Shown: piece after piece, positions 7,494 to 14,940 of the stretch
Position numbering within the stretch: position 1 is the first letter of the stretch
How the letters are laid out: the number at the start of each line of letters is the position of its first letter
DNA from: Oligoflexales bacterium
GTDB lineage: Bacteria > Bdellovibrionota_B > Oligoflexia > Oligoflexales > Bog-1112
Assembly (NCBI GenBank): GCA_045106415.1
Contig: JBGCEP010000005.1
Span: 1-14,940, forward strand
Direction of reading: 5' to 3'
Length of the DNA stretch: 14,940 nt
Translations under genes and position numbers: made by a program
The notes under the pieces: model-generated
What the model was told of the DNA's origin: nothing
The model's database searches: none
What the model saw: only the letters and a program-made list of their open reading frames with translations

Positions 7494-7633
7494 GTATCCC
7501 CCAGCAATGAATCTGTTCAAGAAACTCATCGACACTCAAGGATAAAAATACTGTTTTTTTTAAAAAATCCATTTAATTCTGGAAAAACAATATATTACGA
7601 AGAAACCTTATCTTTGTTTTCAGGTAGCCTTTC

Positions 7634-8908
7634 TTAAAGATTCCACCATGTTCTTACAAAAAGACCAATAAGCAATGTTGGAGTCAACCAACGGCACACT
7701 ATTTTTCCAAGTAAGTGTTCTGCAGCACACCAGCCATACAAAAGTACAAAGCACAGCCCACCTATTGGTATAAAAAAAGAGCTCACACCAAAATCAAACC
7801 ATTCAAAAATATTCTTCCCTGCGTAGGCAAGTTGCGAGTCTGGGTGCCAAGATAAGCCACACAAAAGCGATGGAGCAAAAAGCCAGACAAGGCAGCAGAG
7901 TGCTGATTTTTTTCTAGAAAAATCAAACAACGTCATAAAAAAGGTTATTAAAACTTCAATCAAAGAAAGCATTGAAGTTAAAGCAGTAATAAACACAAGC
8001 ATAAAAAATAAATTCCCAAAGAACCACCCACTTTTCATTTGTGAAAAAAGCACAGGCAATGTTTGAAAAACAAGAACAGGCCCAGCTGCTGGCTCAACAT
8101 CATATGAAAACACACATGAAAAAATCACCAAACCTGCCATTAAAGCCACGAGAGTATCCACAACAACAATCCAAAAAATTGGTTTTGCCAATGACGTTCC
8201 CCTCTCAAGGTAACTTCCATACGTCATCATGGCGCCTCCTCCAACACTCAAAGTGAAAAAGGCATGCCCCATAGCTTCTTGTACGCCCAACACCCCCAAA
8301 GCCTCAAAATGTGGTACGAATAAAAAATCACATGCTTTGTGAAAACCTGGCAGCGTAAAGCTTTGTGCAAGAAGAATGAGAAGAAGCGCTAAAAGCAAAG
8401 GCATGAGAAGTCTACTTACCATTTCAATTCCAGACTGGACTCCTAAAGTCACAACACCAAAAGAGCATAAAAGAAACGCATACTGCCAACTCAAATTCAG
8501 GAGATTCTGTGACTGGAGACTGGAAAGAAAGCTTTGAGCCACTTCTGTAGAAAGAAACAGTGAACCATCCCAGCTCTCAACCCAGCACGCAAGAATCCAC
8601 CCGCCAACAACTGAATAAAAAGACACCACAAGAGTCATTGATAAAAAACATAGAAGAGCTAGACCGTGCCCACCAAACATTTGTGGTAAAACTTTCCACA
8701 TAGGAAGCTGGAACTTCACTCCTAAACCCACCTCAGACCACAGTGCTGGTATTCCTATGAAAGCAAGACTTAGTAAATACACCATTACAAACGCACCACC
8801 GCCGTGCACACCTGTTATAAAAGGAAACTTCCATAAATTCCCCAACCCAACAGCAGCGCCGACAGCAGCCATAATAAAACCTGAGTGGTGTTTCCAGCGT
8901 TCTTCCAT
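7634..8908 (-). CDS. Sodium-dependent transporter, NSS/SNF (LeuT-like) family
   Basis: RW...GFIMAAVGAAVGLGNLWKFP...GGGAF, FFTLSVGGGAMMTYGSYL, GPVLVF.TLP and ALTS motifs, with many TM helices. Start ATG 8908 after AGAGG; the ORF-track N-terminal extension is probably spurious. Confidence 0.93.
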   Translation of the reverse strand: MEERWKHHSGFIMAAVGAAVGLGNLWKFPFITGVHGGGAFVMVYLLSLAFIGIPALWSEVGLGVKFQLPMWKVLPQMFGGHGLALLCFLSMTLVVSFYSVVGGWILACWVESWDGSLFLSTEVAQSFLSSLQSQNLLNLSWQYAFLLCSFGVVTLGVQSGIEMVSRLLMPLLLALLLILLAQSFTLPGFHKACDFLFVPHFEALGVLGVQEAMGHAFFTLSVGGGAMMTYGSYLERGTSLAKPIFWIVVVDTLVALMAGLVIFSCVFSYDVEPAAGPVLVFQTLPVLFSQMKSGWFFGNLFFMLVFITALTSMLSLIEVLITFFMTLFDFSRKKSALCCLVWLFAPSLLCGLSWHPDSQLAYAGKNIFEWFDFGVSSFFIPIGGLCFVLLYGWCAAEHLLGKIVCRWLTPTLLIGLFVRTWWNL

Positions 8909-9042
8909 CACAACCTCTTTTACAACCAGAAAAATGACGTTGAAAATACCATGATAACAACGAGATGTCTTGGGACACTTTTTGGAAATGTTTTTCAAAT
9001 GAAAAATTCGATTAAAATAAAGAAAGAACCTCAACAAGGGAG

Positions 9043-9378
9043 ATGACAATGTCACTGGGAAACCTGAAGTTTAAAAACCGCAGGAGTCACTTACGGTTTG
9101 ATCCTGGGCCCAATAGCATTGCTGCCATTGATCTTTCAGTTGAACCAGAGCAACATGATCATGATGGCGAAAAATCTTTTTCTCCTGACTTTGTAGGGCT
9201 TCCTCTTTCAGAATCCTACAAAGGTTGTTCCCTTGTCATTAGGGCTCATGAAGAGATTACAAAAGGCAAAGAAGTTCGTGTGAAAATTGGAGAGCTAAGC
9301 CCTATGACAGCTCAAATTGTTTGGGTCCGGACTCTTACAGAATCGGTCTCTGAAATAGGATTGCACTTTCTCGAATAA
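9043..9378 (+). CDS. Stand-alone PilZ-domain protein
   Basis: RRSHLR (RxxxR), degenerate second motif SESYKG, and C-terminal AQIVWVR...IGLHF. RBS AAGGGAG. Confidence 0.75.
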   Translation: MTMSLGNLKFKNRRSHLRFDPGPNSIAAIDLSVEPEQHDHDGEKSFSPDFVGLPLSESYKGCSLVIRAHEEITKGKEVRVKIGELSPMTAQIVWVRTLTESVSEIGLHFLE

Positions 9379-9915
9379 AATTCCGATAAGAAAACCTATC
9401 CCTCCCCCACATGCAAAACCCAATAAGACATCCCCTGGGAAGTGGACCCCAGAATACACTCTAGAATACCCGACCCAGAATGCTGAAAAAAAACCGAAAA
9501 AACCGATTTTTGGATACCCTCTTACTAAAAAATATGTGGCTATAGACATGCCGTTAGCAGCATGGTTTGAAGGCAACCCCCAGAAACCACCACATTTATC
9601 ATGAAACAAAACCAAATGATCCATCTGATAACATGGCCTCAATCGAGCAAAGTACGGTTTTAATATCTGAAAAACAAGGCTATCTGAAATACTCACCGTT
9701 AAAAGACAACCGGCAAGAAGGCATACGTGTCGCTTTTTATAAACGCTCCAGAAAAGAAAACAACAACCAACAAAAGCCCAGACTTCAGAGCGGCTTATGG
9801 TTTGCATAACAATATCAGCAAACTCACCTCTGTAATGGTTAATCCACAATAGCCAATACTCTTCAGTAGCCCGAAACCCTTGTTCACTCCCATCTTGTAG
9901 TAAAACACGCTCCAA
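9295..9915 (-). CDS. PAP2-family membrane phosphatase
   Basis: KPYFARLRP (motif 1), PSNH (motif 2), SRVYSGVHFPGD (motif 3). Start tentatively TTG 9915 after GGGAG. Confidence 0.88.
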   Translation of the reverse strand: MERVLLQDGSEQGFRATEEYWLLWINHYRGEFADIVMQTISRSEVWAFVGCCFLFWSVYKKRHVCLLAGCLLTVSISDSLVFQILKPYFARLRPCYQMDHLVLFHDKCGGFWGLPSNHAANGMSIATYFLVRGYPKIGFFGFFSAFWVGYSRVYSGVHFPGDVLLGFACGGGIGFLIGILFEKVQSYFRDRFCKSPDPNNLSCHRA

Positions 9916-10016
9916 GCTGACTCTCCCTGTCAAAAAAAACACTGTTGTCTGAAACTTTTACACTTTACCAGAATCCTTTTCCTTCAATATCAGTATGTTA
10001 AACCAATTTATTGATC

Positions 10017-10032
10017 TGGCACAACCATTGCA
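10017..10032 (+). promoter_or_regulatory. Sigma54 (RpoN) -24/-12 promoter
   Basis: TGGCAC-AACCA-TTGCA is an exact match to TGGCAC-N5-TTGC(A/T). It is intergenic and correctly oriented 45 nt upstream of the ATG at 10078. Confidence 0.8.
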
Positions 10033-10077
10033 TTCAAGAAAACAAAGATTTGTGAACTTATGTCTCAAGGAACTTCC

Positions 10078-10818
10078 ATGCTGAACCATCACACTCTCTC
10101 TTTGTTGACCTTTATAAGTACTCTCGCATCGCCCACTGCTTTATACGCAAAAGTTCAAGAACCCAGGCAGTTAGAGTCTAAGACTGAGGTTGGAATCTCT
10201 CCTGCTCTACGTACAAGCACAGCCCCTTTAGCAATTACAAAAAATCCACAACCACCGGTTTATAAGGTCAGCCCACTTTATATTAATTCAGCGATTGAAG
10301 CTGCAGCCTCTGAGTCAAAAGTCCCACCAACATTATTACGGGCTATTTGCATTACTGAGAGTAATCTACGTCCTCAGGCTTTTGTATATAATGATGGTGG
10401 TAACGGCAATCATGCGTTCGGTATGTGTCAAGTCTTACTACAAACAGCAAAACCTTTTGTTGGGTATGATCCAAAGTGTGAAAGAGACTTTCGAGACCCT
10501 GAACTCGTGCGTAACTATAATAACTGCCCTCTCTTTGGCCCCAAAGTAAATGCAAAGGCAGCAGGAAAACTTCTTAGAAAACTTATGACGCGTCATCAAG
10601 ATTTGCACCTTGCAATCGCTTCTTATAACAGTGGGAGTCCAAGAACATGCCGAGATCACGGATGGGCGAAATCAGCCTCTGGCCAAAAACTTTATCGCTG
10701 TACTCCTGGCCAACTTATGAACCAGAGGTATGTCGATAAAGTGATGGCAGAGGTTGACGCAGAATCTCTAGCTTCGTGGCTGAACCCTGATAGCACAACA
10801 GAAACGGCTGCTCGATAA
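10078..10818 (+). CDS. Secreted SLT-domain lytic transglycosylase
   Basis: Signal peptide ending ALYA, then a Pro/Thr linker. Motif I AICITES (catalytic Glu), motif II AFGMCQV, motif III IASYNSG, C-terminal RYVDKV. Start ATG 10078 after AAGGA; alternative start 10060. Confidence 0.85.
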   Translation: MLNHHTLSLLTFISTLASPTALYAKVQEPRQLESKTEVGISPALRTSTAPLAITKNPQPPVYKVSPLYINSAIEAAASESKVPPTLLRAICITESNLRPQAFVYNDGGNGNHAFGMCQVLLQTAKPFVGYDPKCERDFRDPELVRNYNNCPLFGPKVNAKAAGKLLRKLMTRHQDLHLAIASYNSGSPRTCRDHGWAKSASGQKLYRCTPGQLMNQRYVDKVMAEVDAESLASWLNPDSTTETAAR

Positions 10819-10819
10819 A

Positions 10820-12874
10820 TCAGCCGATTCTCATACCAGGCTGCGCTCCTTGATCCGGAGACACCAACCACACATCTTTTCCACCCGGCCCTGCTGCAAT
10901 AGCCATTCCTTCAGAGACACCAAACTTCATCTTACGAGCTTTTAAATTTGCAACCACCACAAGATGACGCCCCACAAGATCTTTTGGATCATAGGCAGAA
11001 CGAATACCTGAAAAAATCTGCCTTTGCCCTAGTGAACCTAGGTCCAACTGAAAACGCAGAAGTTTTTTAGCTCCTTCGACATAATCGGCTTCTAAGATTT
11101 TGGCAACACGTAAGTCCACTTTGAAAAAGTCATCAACAGAAATCTCAGCAGCAAGATCTTCAACCTCAGCATTTGGGGCTGAACCTTGATTTTTCACCTC
11201 GGTTGATAGCTTTGATCTTTGCACTTGCTCTTCTTTCGACTCCGCTAACATCTTATCGACAGCTTTTCTTTCCACCCTTTTTAAAAGATGTTCAAAAGGC
11301 TTTAAACATCCGGACTCACGGATGTTTTCGCAACTATCCCACTGCCAGCTCTCTTCTCCAAAAAGTTTCTCTACTTTCTGTGCATACTCGGGGAGAACAG
11401 GCTTTAAATAAATTGTCATAAGACGAAAGCTGTTTAAAACCGCAGATAAAATTCGTCTCGTTTTTTCAGGGTCCTCTTTAATCAAAATCCATGGCTGATA
11501 TTCATCGAAATAGCGATTAGCAGAATCTGCAATTTGTCGAATTTTAATCATTGCCCGGCTAAACTGTCTATTCTCATAATCTTCCGCAATGTCTTTACAG
11601 ACTTCTTGTGCCCGTTGGACCAGTGCTCGCCCTTCATCGTCTAGCTCACAAAGTTCACCACCGAGTTTTTTCTCAAGCATTTGTGCTGCACGTGATGCGA
11701 CATTCACAATCTTGCCAACAAGATCTGAATTCACTCGACTAACAAAATCGTCTAAGTTTAAGTCCATATCTGCAATCGAATCATTCAACTTACAGGCAAA
11801 GTAATATCGTAAATAATCGGGCCCGAGGTGCTTCAGCCATGTCTTTGCGTTAATAAATGTACCCCGAGACTTCGAAAGCTTTTCACCATCGACGGTCAGC
11901 ATTCCATGAACACAAATTTGGTGAGGAGTTTGATAGCCTGAAGCCTTCAACATGCATGGCCAGAAAAGAGCATGAAAATAAATAATATCTTTTCCGATAT
12001 TATGATAAATCTCGCAGTTATCATTTTTCCAAAAATCAGCAAGATTTTTCCCTTCACTCTCACACCACTGAGCTGTTGTGGAAATGTAGCCTATCGGAGC
12101 ATCAAACCAAACATAAAAATACTTCCCTGGTTTTCCTGGAATTTCAAAACCGAAATAAGGCTCATCACGACTGATACACCAATTCTGAAGATCTCCATCA
12201 AGCCACTCATTCAACTTTTTACGAACAGACTCTTGTACGCGACCTTCTAACCAACTCTCAAGAAAGGGCTTAAAGTCAGCCAGTTTGAAAAACACATGCG
12301 TTGAATCTTTCTCAACAGGAGCGTTTCCACACAGCGTACATTGCGGTGATATTAAACTCATAGGTTGATAGATTGCATTGCAGCTCTCACAATGATCACC
12401 ATATTGTTCTGAAGCTTTACACTTTGGACAAGAGCCCTTTACAAAGCGATCTGGAAGAAACATCCCATCATGTTCACAATATGCCTGCGTAATCGTTTTT
12501 TCTTCTAAATGTCCGGCTTGACTCACCTTAGAATAAATTTCGTGACAAATCTCACGATTCTTGGATGAGTGTGTCGTTGAATAATGGTCATAGTGAATCT
12601 GAAAACCACTGAGATCTTCTTGGTGCCGAACTTTTACCGCTTCAATTTGCTCTTCAGGCGTTTTTCCCTGACGTCGAGCTTCAACCATAATCGGTGTTCC
12701 ATGACTATCATCCGCACAAATAGCTAAACACTCATGACCTCGAAGTTTTTGATATCTCACCCAAAAATCAGTAATACAGTGCTCAACCATATGACCTATA
12801 TGAATTTCTCCATTTGCATATGGAAGTGCTGAAGTCATTAACATTTTTCGCTTTTTAAACGTACTTTGTTCCAT
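10820..12874 (-). CDS. metG: Methionine--tRNA ligase with C-terminal tRNA-binding (Trbp111-like) domain
   Basis: TSALPYANG.IHIGH, Zn-knuckle cysteines (CPKC, CESC, CTLC), YVWFDAPIGY, GKDIIYFH, KLSKS, and a C-terminal OB-fold (DFFKVDLRVAKI...SEGM). Confidence 0.98.
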   Translation of the reverse strand: MEQSTFKKRKMLMTSALPYANGEIHIGHMVEHCITDFWVRYQKLRGHECLAICADDSHGTPIMVEARRQGKTPEEQIEAVKVRHQEDLSGFQIHYDHYSTTHSSKNREICHEIYSKVSQAGHLEEKTITQAYCEHDGMFLPDRFVKGSCPKCKASEQYGDHCESCNAIYQPMSLISPQCTLCGNAPVEKDSTHVFFKLADFKPFLESWLEGRVQESVRKKLNEWLDGDLQNWCISRDEPYFGFEIPGKPGKYFYVWFDAPIGYISTTAQWCESEGKNLADFWKNDNCEIYHNIGKDIIYFHALFWPCMLKASGYQTPHQICVHGMLTVDGEKLSKSRGTFINAKTWLKHLGPDYLRYYFACKLNDSIADMDLNLDDFVSRVNSDLVGKIVNVASRAAQMLEKKLGGELCELDDEGRALVQRAQEVCKDIAEDYENRQFSRAMIKIRQIADSANRYFDEYQPWILIKEDPEKTRRILSAVLNSFRLMTIYLKPVLPEYAQKVEKLFGEESWQWDSCENIRESGCLKPFEHLLKRVERKAVDKMLAESKEEQVQRSKLSTEVKNQGSAPNAEVEDLAAEISVDDFFKVDLRVAKILEADYVEGAKKLLRFQLDLGSLGQRQIFSGIRSAYDPKDLVGRHLVVVANLKARKMKFGVSEGMAIAAGPGGKDVWLVSPDQGAQPGMRIG

Positions 12875-12966
12875 TTTCTTGAACCCTTCTGATCTATGGA
12901 CACCGATCCCAGAAACGGCTACCTTACACCTTTACCAGACGGTTTGGCTACAACTATGGAGTCTTT

Positions 12967-13767
12967 ATGTGGAATCTTTTATCCAGTTCTTCATCTCTTG
13001 ACGGGTTAAAAAAAGGCACACCTTGGAACGGCTATTTTCGATGGGTCCTTACATCTCCCCCAGACACCATTGAAGCATGGATTCAAAACAACCATGCAGT
13101 GGGCTATATCAGTCAAGACTTTACTCCCAGCGCTCTTTTTCTAGACGTTGACGCAACAACCATAAACGAAGAGTCCCTAACACCTTTAGCCCAGTACATC
13201 AGCAAAGAAAAATCAAAAGACATTGATCATCTCACTGAGCTTGCCATGTCTGGAAAGCAAGATTTTGGGTCCATGCTACGAACTCGCATGGAGTGCTTCC
13301 GAGGGCTCCCTATTCAACACGCCTACGCTGTTTCAAAAGCTCTCACTCTTACCCCAGGAGTGATTGACTTAATCCATATGTTCCAGACACTTAAACTTCC
13401 TATTTTTCTGATCTCAGGAGGTTTTTCACACATCATCAATCCTATTGCTCAAAAATTAGGGGTCACTGATGTTGCATGTAATCATTTTCAAGTGGACAAC
13501 GGTTGTATTCAAGGCGTCGAAGAACCTATTCTTGATGGACCAGGGAAATCACTAGCCTTAGAAAGATTTTGCTCACAGTATACAATAGATAAAAAAGGAG
13601 TTGTCGCTGTCGGAGACGGTGCAAATGATTTAGAACTTTTAACATCTGCTGCTCTTTCCGTCGGCTACATTCCAAAACCAATTCTATGGGAGAGTCTTCA
13701 TGTCTACAACGGCCTAGGTGATCATCGTTTTTTAAAAAATCTTCTAGAAACCACCTCACAGGCCTAG
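12967..13767 (+). CDS. serB: Phosphoserine phosphatase-like HAD hydrolase (subfamily IB)
   Basis: FLDVDAT (motif I), TELAMSG..DF, LISGGF (motif II), K (motif III) and VGDGANDL (motif IV). Confidence 0.8.
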   Translation: MWNLLSSSSSLDGLKKGTPWNGYFRWVLTSPPDTIEAWIQNNHAVGYISQDFTPSALFLDVDATTINEESLTPLAQYISKEKSKDIDHLTELAMSGKQDFGSMLRTRMECFRGLPIQHAYAVSKALTLTPGVIDLIHMFQTLKLPIFLISGGFSHIINPIAQKLGVTDVACNHFQVDNGCIQGVEEPILDGPGKSLALERFCSQYTIDKKGVVAVGDGANDLELLTSAALSVGYIPKPILWESLHVYNGLGDHRFLKNLLETTSQA

Positions 13768-13933
13768 GGCGTGTCCTCATAAGGTCTTAAAGCTTAATCC
13801 AAATCATTACGCAAGCAAGATAGATCATTGATTTAAAGTTCCTGGCTAATTTCTCAAAACGAGTTGCTATGGAACGAAAACGTTTGAGTCTTGCAAAAGC
13901 ATTTTCCACTAAATACCTCAACTTATAAAGGTA
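13767..13933 (-). mobile_element. IS5-family (IS427-like) remnant: right end plus last 48 codons of the transposase
   Basis: Minus-strand translation of 13933-13787 gives YLYKLRYLVENAFARLKRFRSIATRFEKLARNFKSMIYLACVMIWIKL*, the YxxRxxVE...RxIATRxxK IS5 C-terminus. Terminal sequence GGGCGTGTCCTCA lies next to TA at 13765-13766. No second end is visible. Confidence 0.85.
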
Positions 13934-14341
13934 CGGACCACAGCCAGGAGATTTTTGGAAACCAGAAAGAGCAGAAAAATCTCCAGCACAAAAAGAACTT
14001 GATAAAACTCATAAAGGCAACGCTCTTGCTGAAAGAAAGTTTCTACATTTGTTAAATGCTGTCGAACAATTTGGACCAAGTCTTGCTGAACCATTAAATA
14101 AAAATCTTGATCAGGGATTATTTGAACTGCAATCTGTTTCAGAAGGGAAGCGATATTATTACACAGAAAGCTTTCTTGAATATGATGACCCTGACTCTAA
14201 TGGAAAGAAACGAATTATCTTACTACTAGGTTGTGTCGGGTCTAAAAACAACAAAAAAGAGATATAAAGATTGCGAGAGAAAGACTAAGTAACATTTCCC
14301 CAAAAAACTCAATATTACTTTCGGAAGGAGATAAAAAATGA
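13932..14341 (+). pseudogene. HigB/RelE-like toxin pseudogene (5'-truncated and frameshifted)
   Basis: The frame is open from 13929 with no ATG/GTG/TTG until 14049: YGPQPGDFWKPERAEKSPAQKELD...GPSLAEPLNKNLDQGLFELQ...RYYY...IILLLG. It stops at 14267. The -1 frame continues QQKRDIKIARERL...GDKK* to TGA 14339-14341, overlapping the next ATG. Confidence 0.75.
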
Positions 14342-14718
14342 GTGTAAAAAACTATCTTAAAAGTAAACATTCTTCTGAAAAATGGAATGAAATCGAAGAA
14401 GAATCTAAAATTTTCGTCGAAGGTTTACAATCTCTTCAGGACAGGATCTCGAATGAACTACACAAAATCATGGAAGATAATGAAATTGGTTATCGAGAAG
14501 TTGGCAAAATATTAGGCACCACTGATGCTATGACTGGAAAGATGCTCAATGCTGGAAATGTGAATTTCTCTACCATTACAAAGCTTTATATTTTAAATGG
14601 AAAGGTTCCTAGAATTGTATGGGATACACCAAAAACAAGAAAAAAGAAAAGAAAAGAAAAGAAAGTCGAAAGTGTCACAGCAAAACAAACTCGCCTAGAA
14701 TTGGGTGAATCAATTTGA
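14338..14718 (+). CDS. XRE-type HTH protein, putative HigA-like antitoxin
   Basis: ISNELHKIMEDNEIGYREVGKILGTTDAMTGKMLNAGNVNFSTITKL is HTH-like. RBS AAGGAG. ATGA overlap with the reconstructed toxin stop. Confidence 0.75.
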   Translation: MSVKNYLKSKHSSEKWNEIEEESKIFVEGLQSLQDRISNELHKIMEDNEIGYREVGKILGTTDAMTGKMLNAGNVNFSTITKLYILNGKVPRIVWDTPKTRKKKRKEKKVESVTAKQTRLELGESI

Positions 14719-14764
14719 ATAAGGCTATTGGGGGTTTGAAGCCCAATAACTCTGGCTATGAGAG

Positions 14765-14940
14765 TGAGCCTCCTCAGCTAAACGGACAGTTTTCTAACTA
14801 AGATTCCGATAAGGAATATGGAGGAACTGTCAGATAAGAAAAAGACGAGTATTTACAGATAATTTCAAGAAAGAGGCCACCCATCTTGTTCTGACCGAAA
14901 GTCGAAGAATATCAGATATTGCTAAAAGCCTTGGGATCTC
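14765..14940 (+). mobile_element. IS3-family insertion sequence, left end (IRL plus start of orfA), running off the right edge
   Basis: Begins TGAGCCTCCTCAGCTAAACGGACAG. The frame from 14834 reads (I)RKRRVFTDNFKKEATHLVLTESRRISDIAKSLGIS, which is OrfA-like. It has no in-frame ATG; an ATA lies 8 nt after GGAGGA. Confidence 0.85.

Noticed and set aside
8909..9055. N-terminal extension of the NSS transporter overlapping the PilZ start
   Set aside because: Family similarity and a good RBS point to ATG 8908. The extension is the divergent intergenic region.
9382..9389. TCCGATAA as another sigma28-like promoter
   Set aside because: It lies inside the PAP2 coding region on the antisense strand, with no -35 match and no downstream gene.
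982..13780. Numerous short alternative-frame or antisense ORFs in the track (e.g. 982-1290, 5201-5455, 7111-7371, 11972-12250, 13526-13780)
   Set aside because: They lie within or largely overlap well-supported genes, and I found no recognisable motifs in them.
14726..14748. Hairpin TATTGGG-N9-CCCAATA after the antitoxin gene as a terminator
   Set aside because: The stem is real but has no following U-tract, so it is not called as an intrinsic terminator.
1..14940. Whole window as a composite transposon bounded by inverted IS3 copies
   Set aside because: The two elements are only about 79% identical in the IRL region and encode different OrfA sequences. The cargo is housekeeping (metG, folK, serB), and the outer ends and target duplications are not visible. 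Independent insertions that break the assembly at both ends are the simpler explanation.

Overview
A moderately AT-rich bacterial chromosomal segment. Housekeeping genes include a TrmH/SpoU methyltransferase, folK, an SDR, a soluble REC-histidine kinase, an NSS-family symporter, a PAP2 phosphatase, metG and a serB-like HAD phosphatase. Between them sit exported or unknown genes: a metzincin-like lipoprotein, an M23 peptidase, an SLT lytic transglycosylase, a Cys-containing lipoprotein, a PilZ protein and two small hypotheticals. The window is bounded on both sides by the left ends of two related but non-identical IS3-family elements running outward, which the ORF track misses. Near the right end an IS5-family remnant abuts the serB stop codon and cuts off the 5' end of a HigB/RelE-like toxin gene. 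That toxin gene is also frameshifted, while its HTH antitoxin is intact. The most notable non-coding signals are (i) a perfect sigma54 -24/-12 promoter before the lytic transglycosylase and (ii) recurrent sigma28/FliA-like CCGAT -10 boxes before non-flagellar exported or small genes and at the same position inside both IS3 left ends. The gene and promoter style suggests a Bdellovibrionota/Oligoflexia-like organism, but this is inference only. I found no CRISPR array, rRNA, tRNA or recognisable riboswitch, and no clearly new multi-gene system can be proven from the sequence alone.
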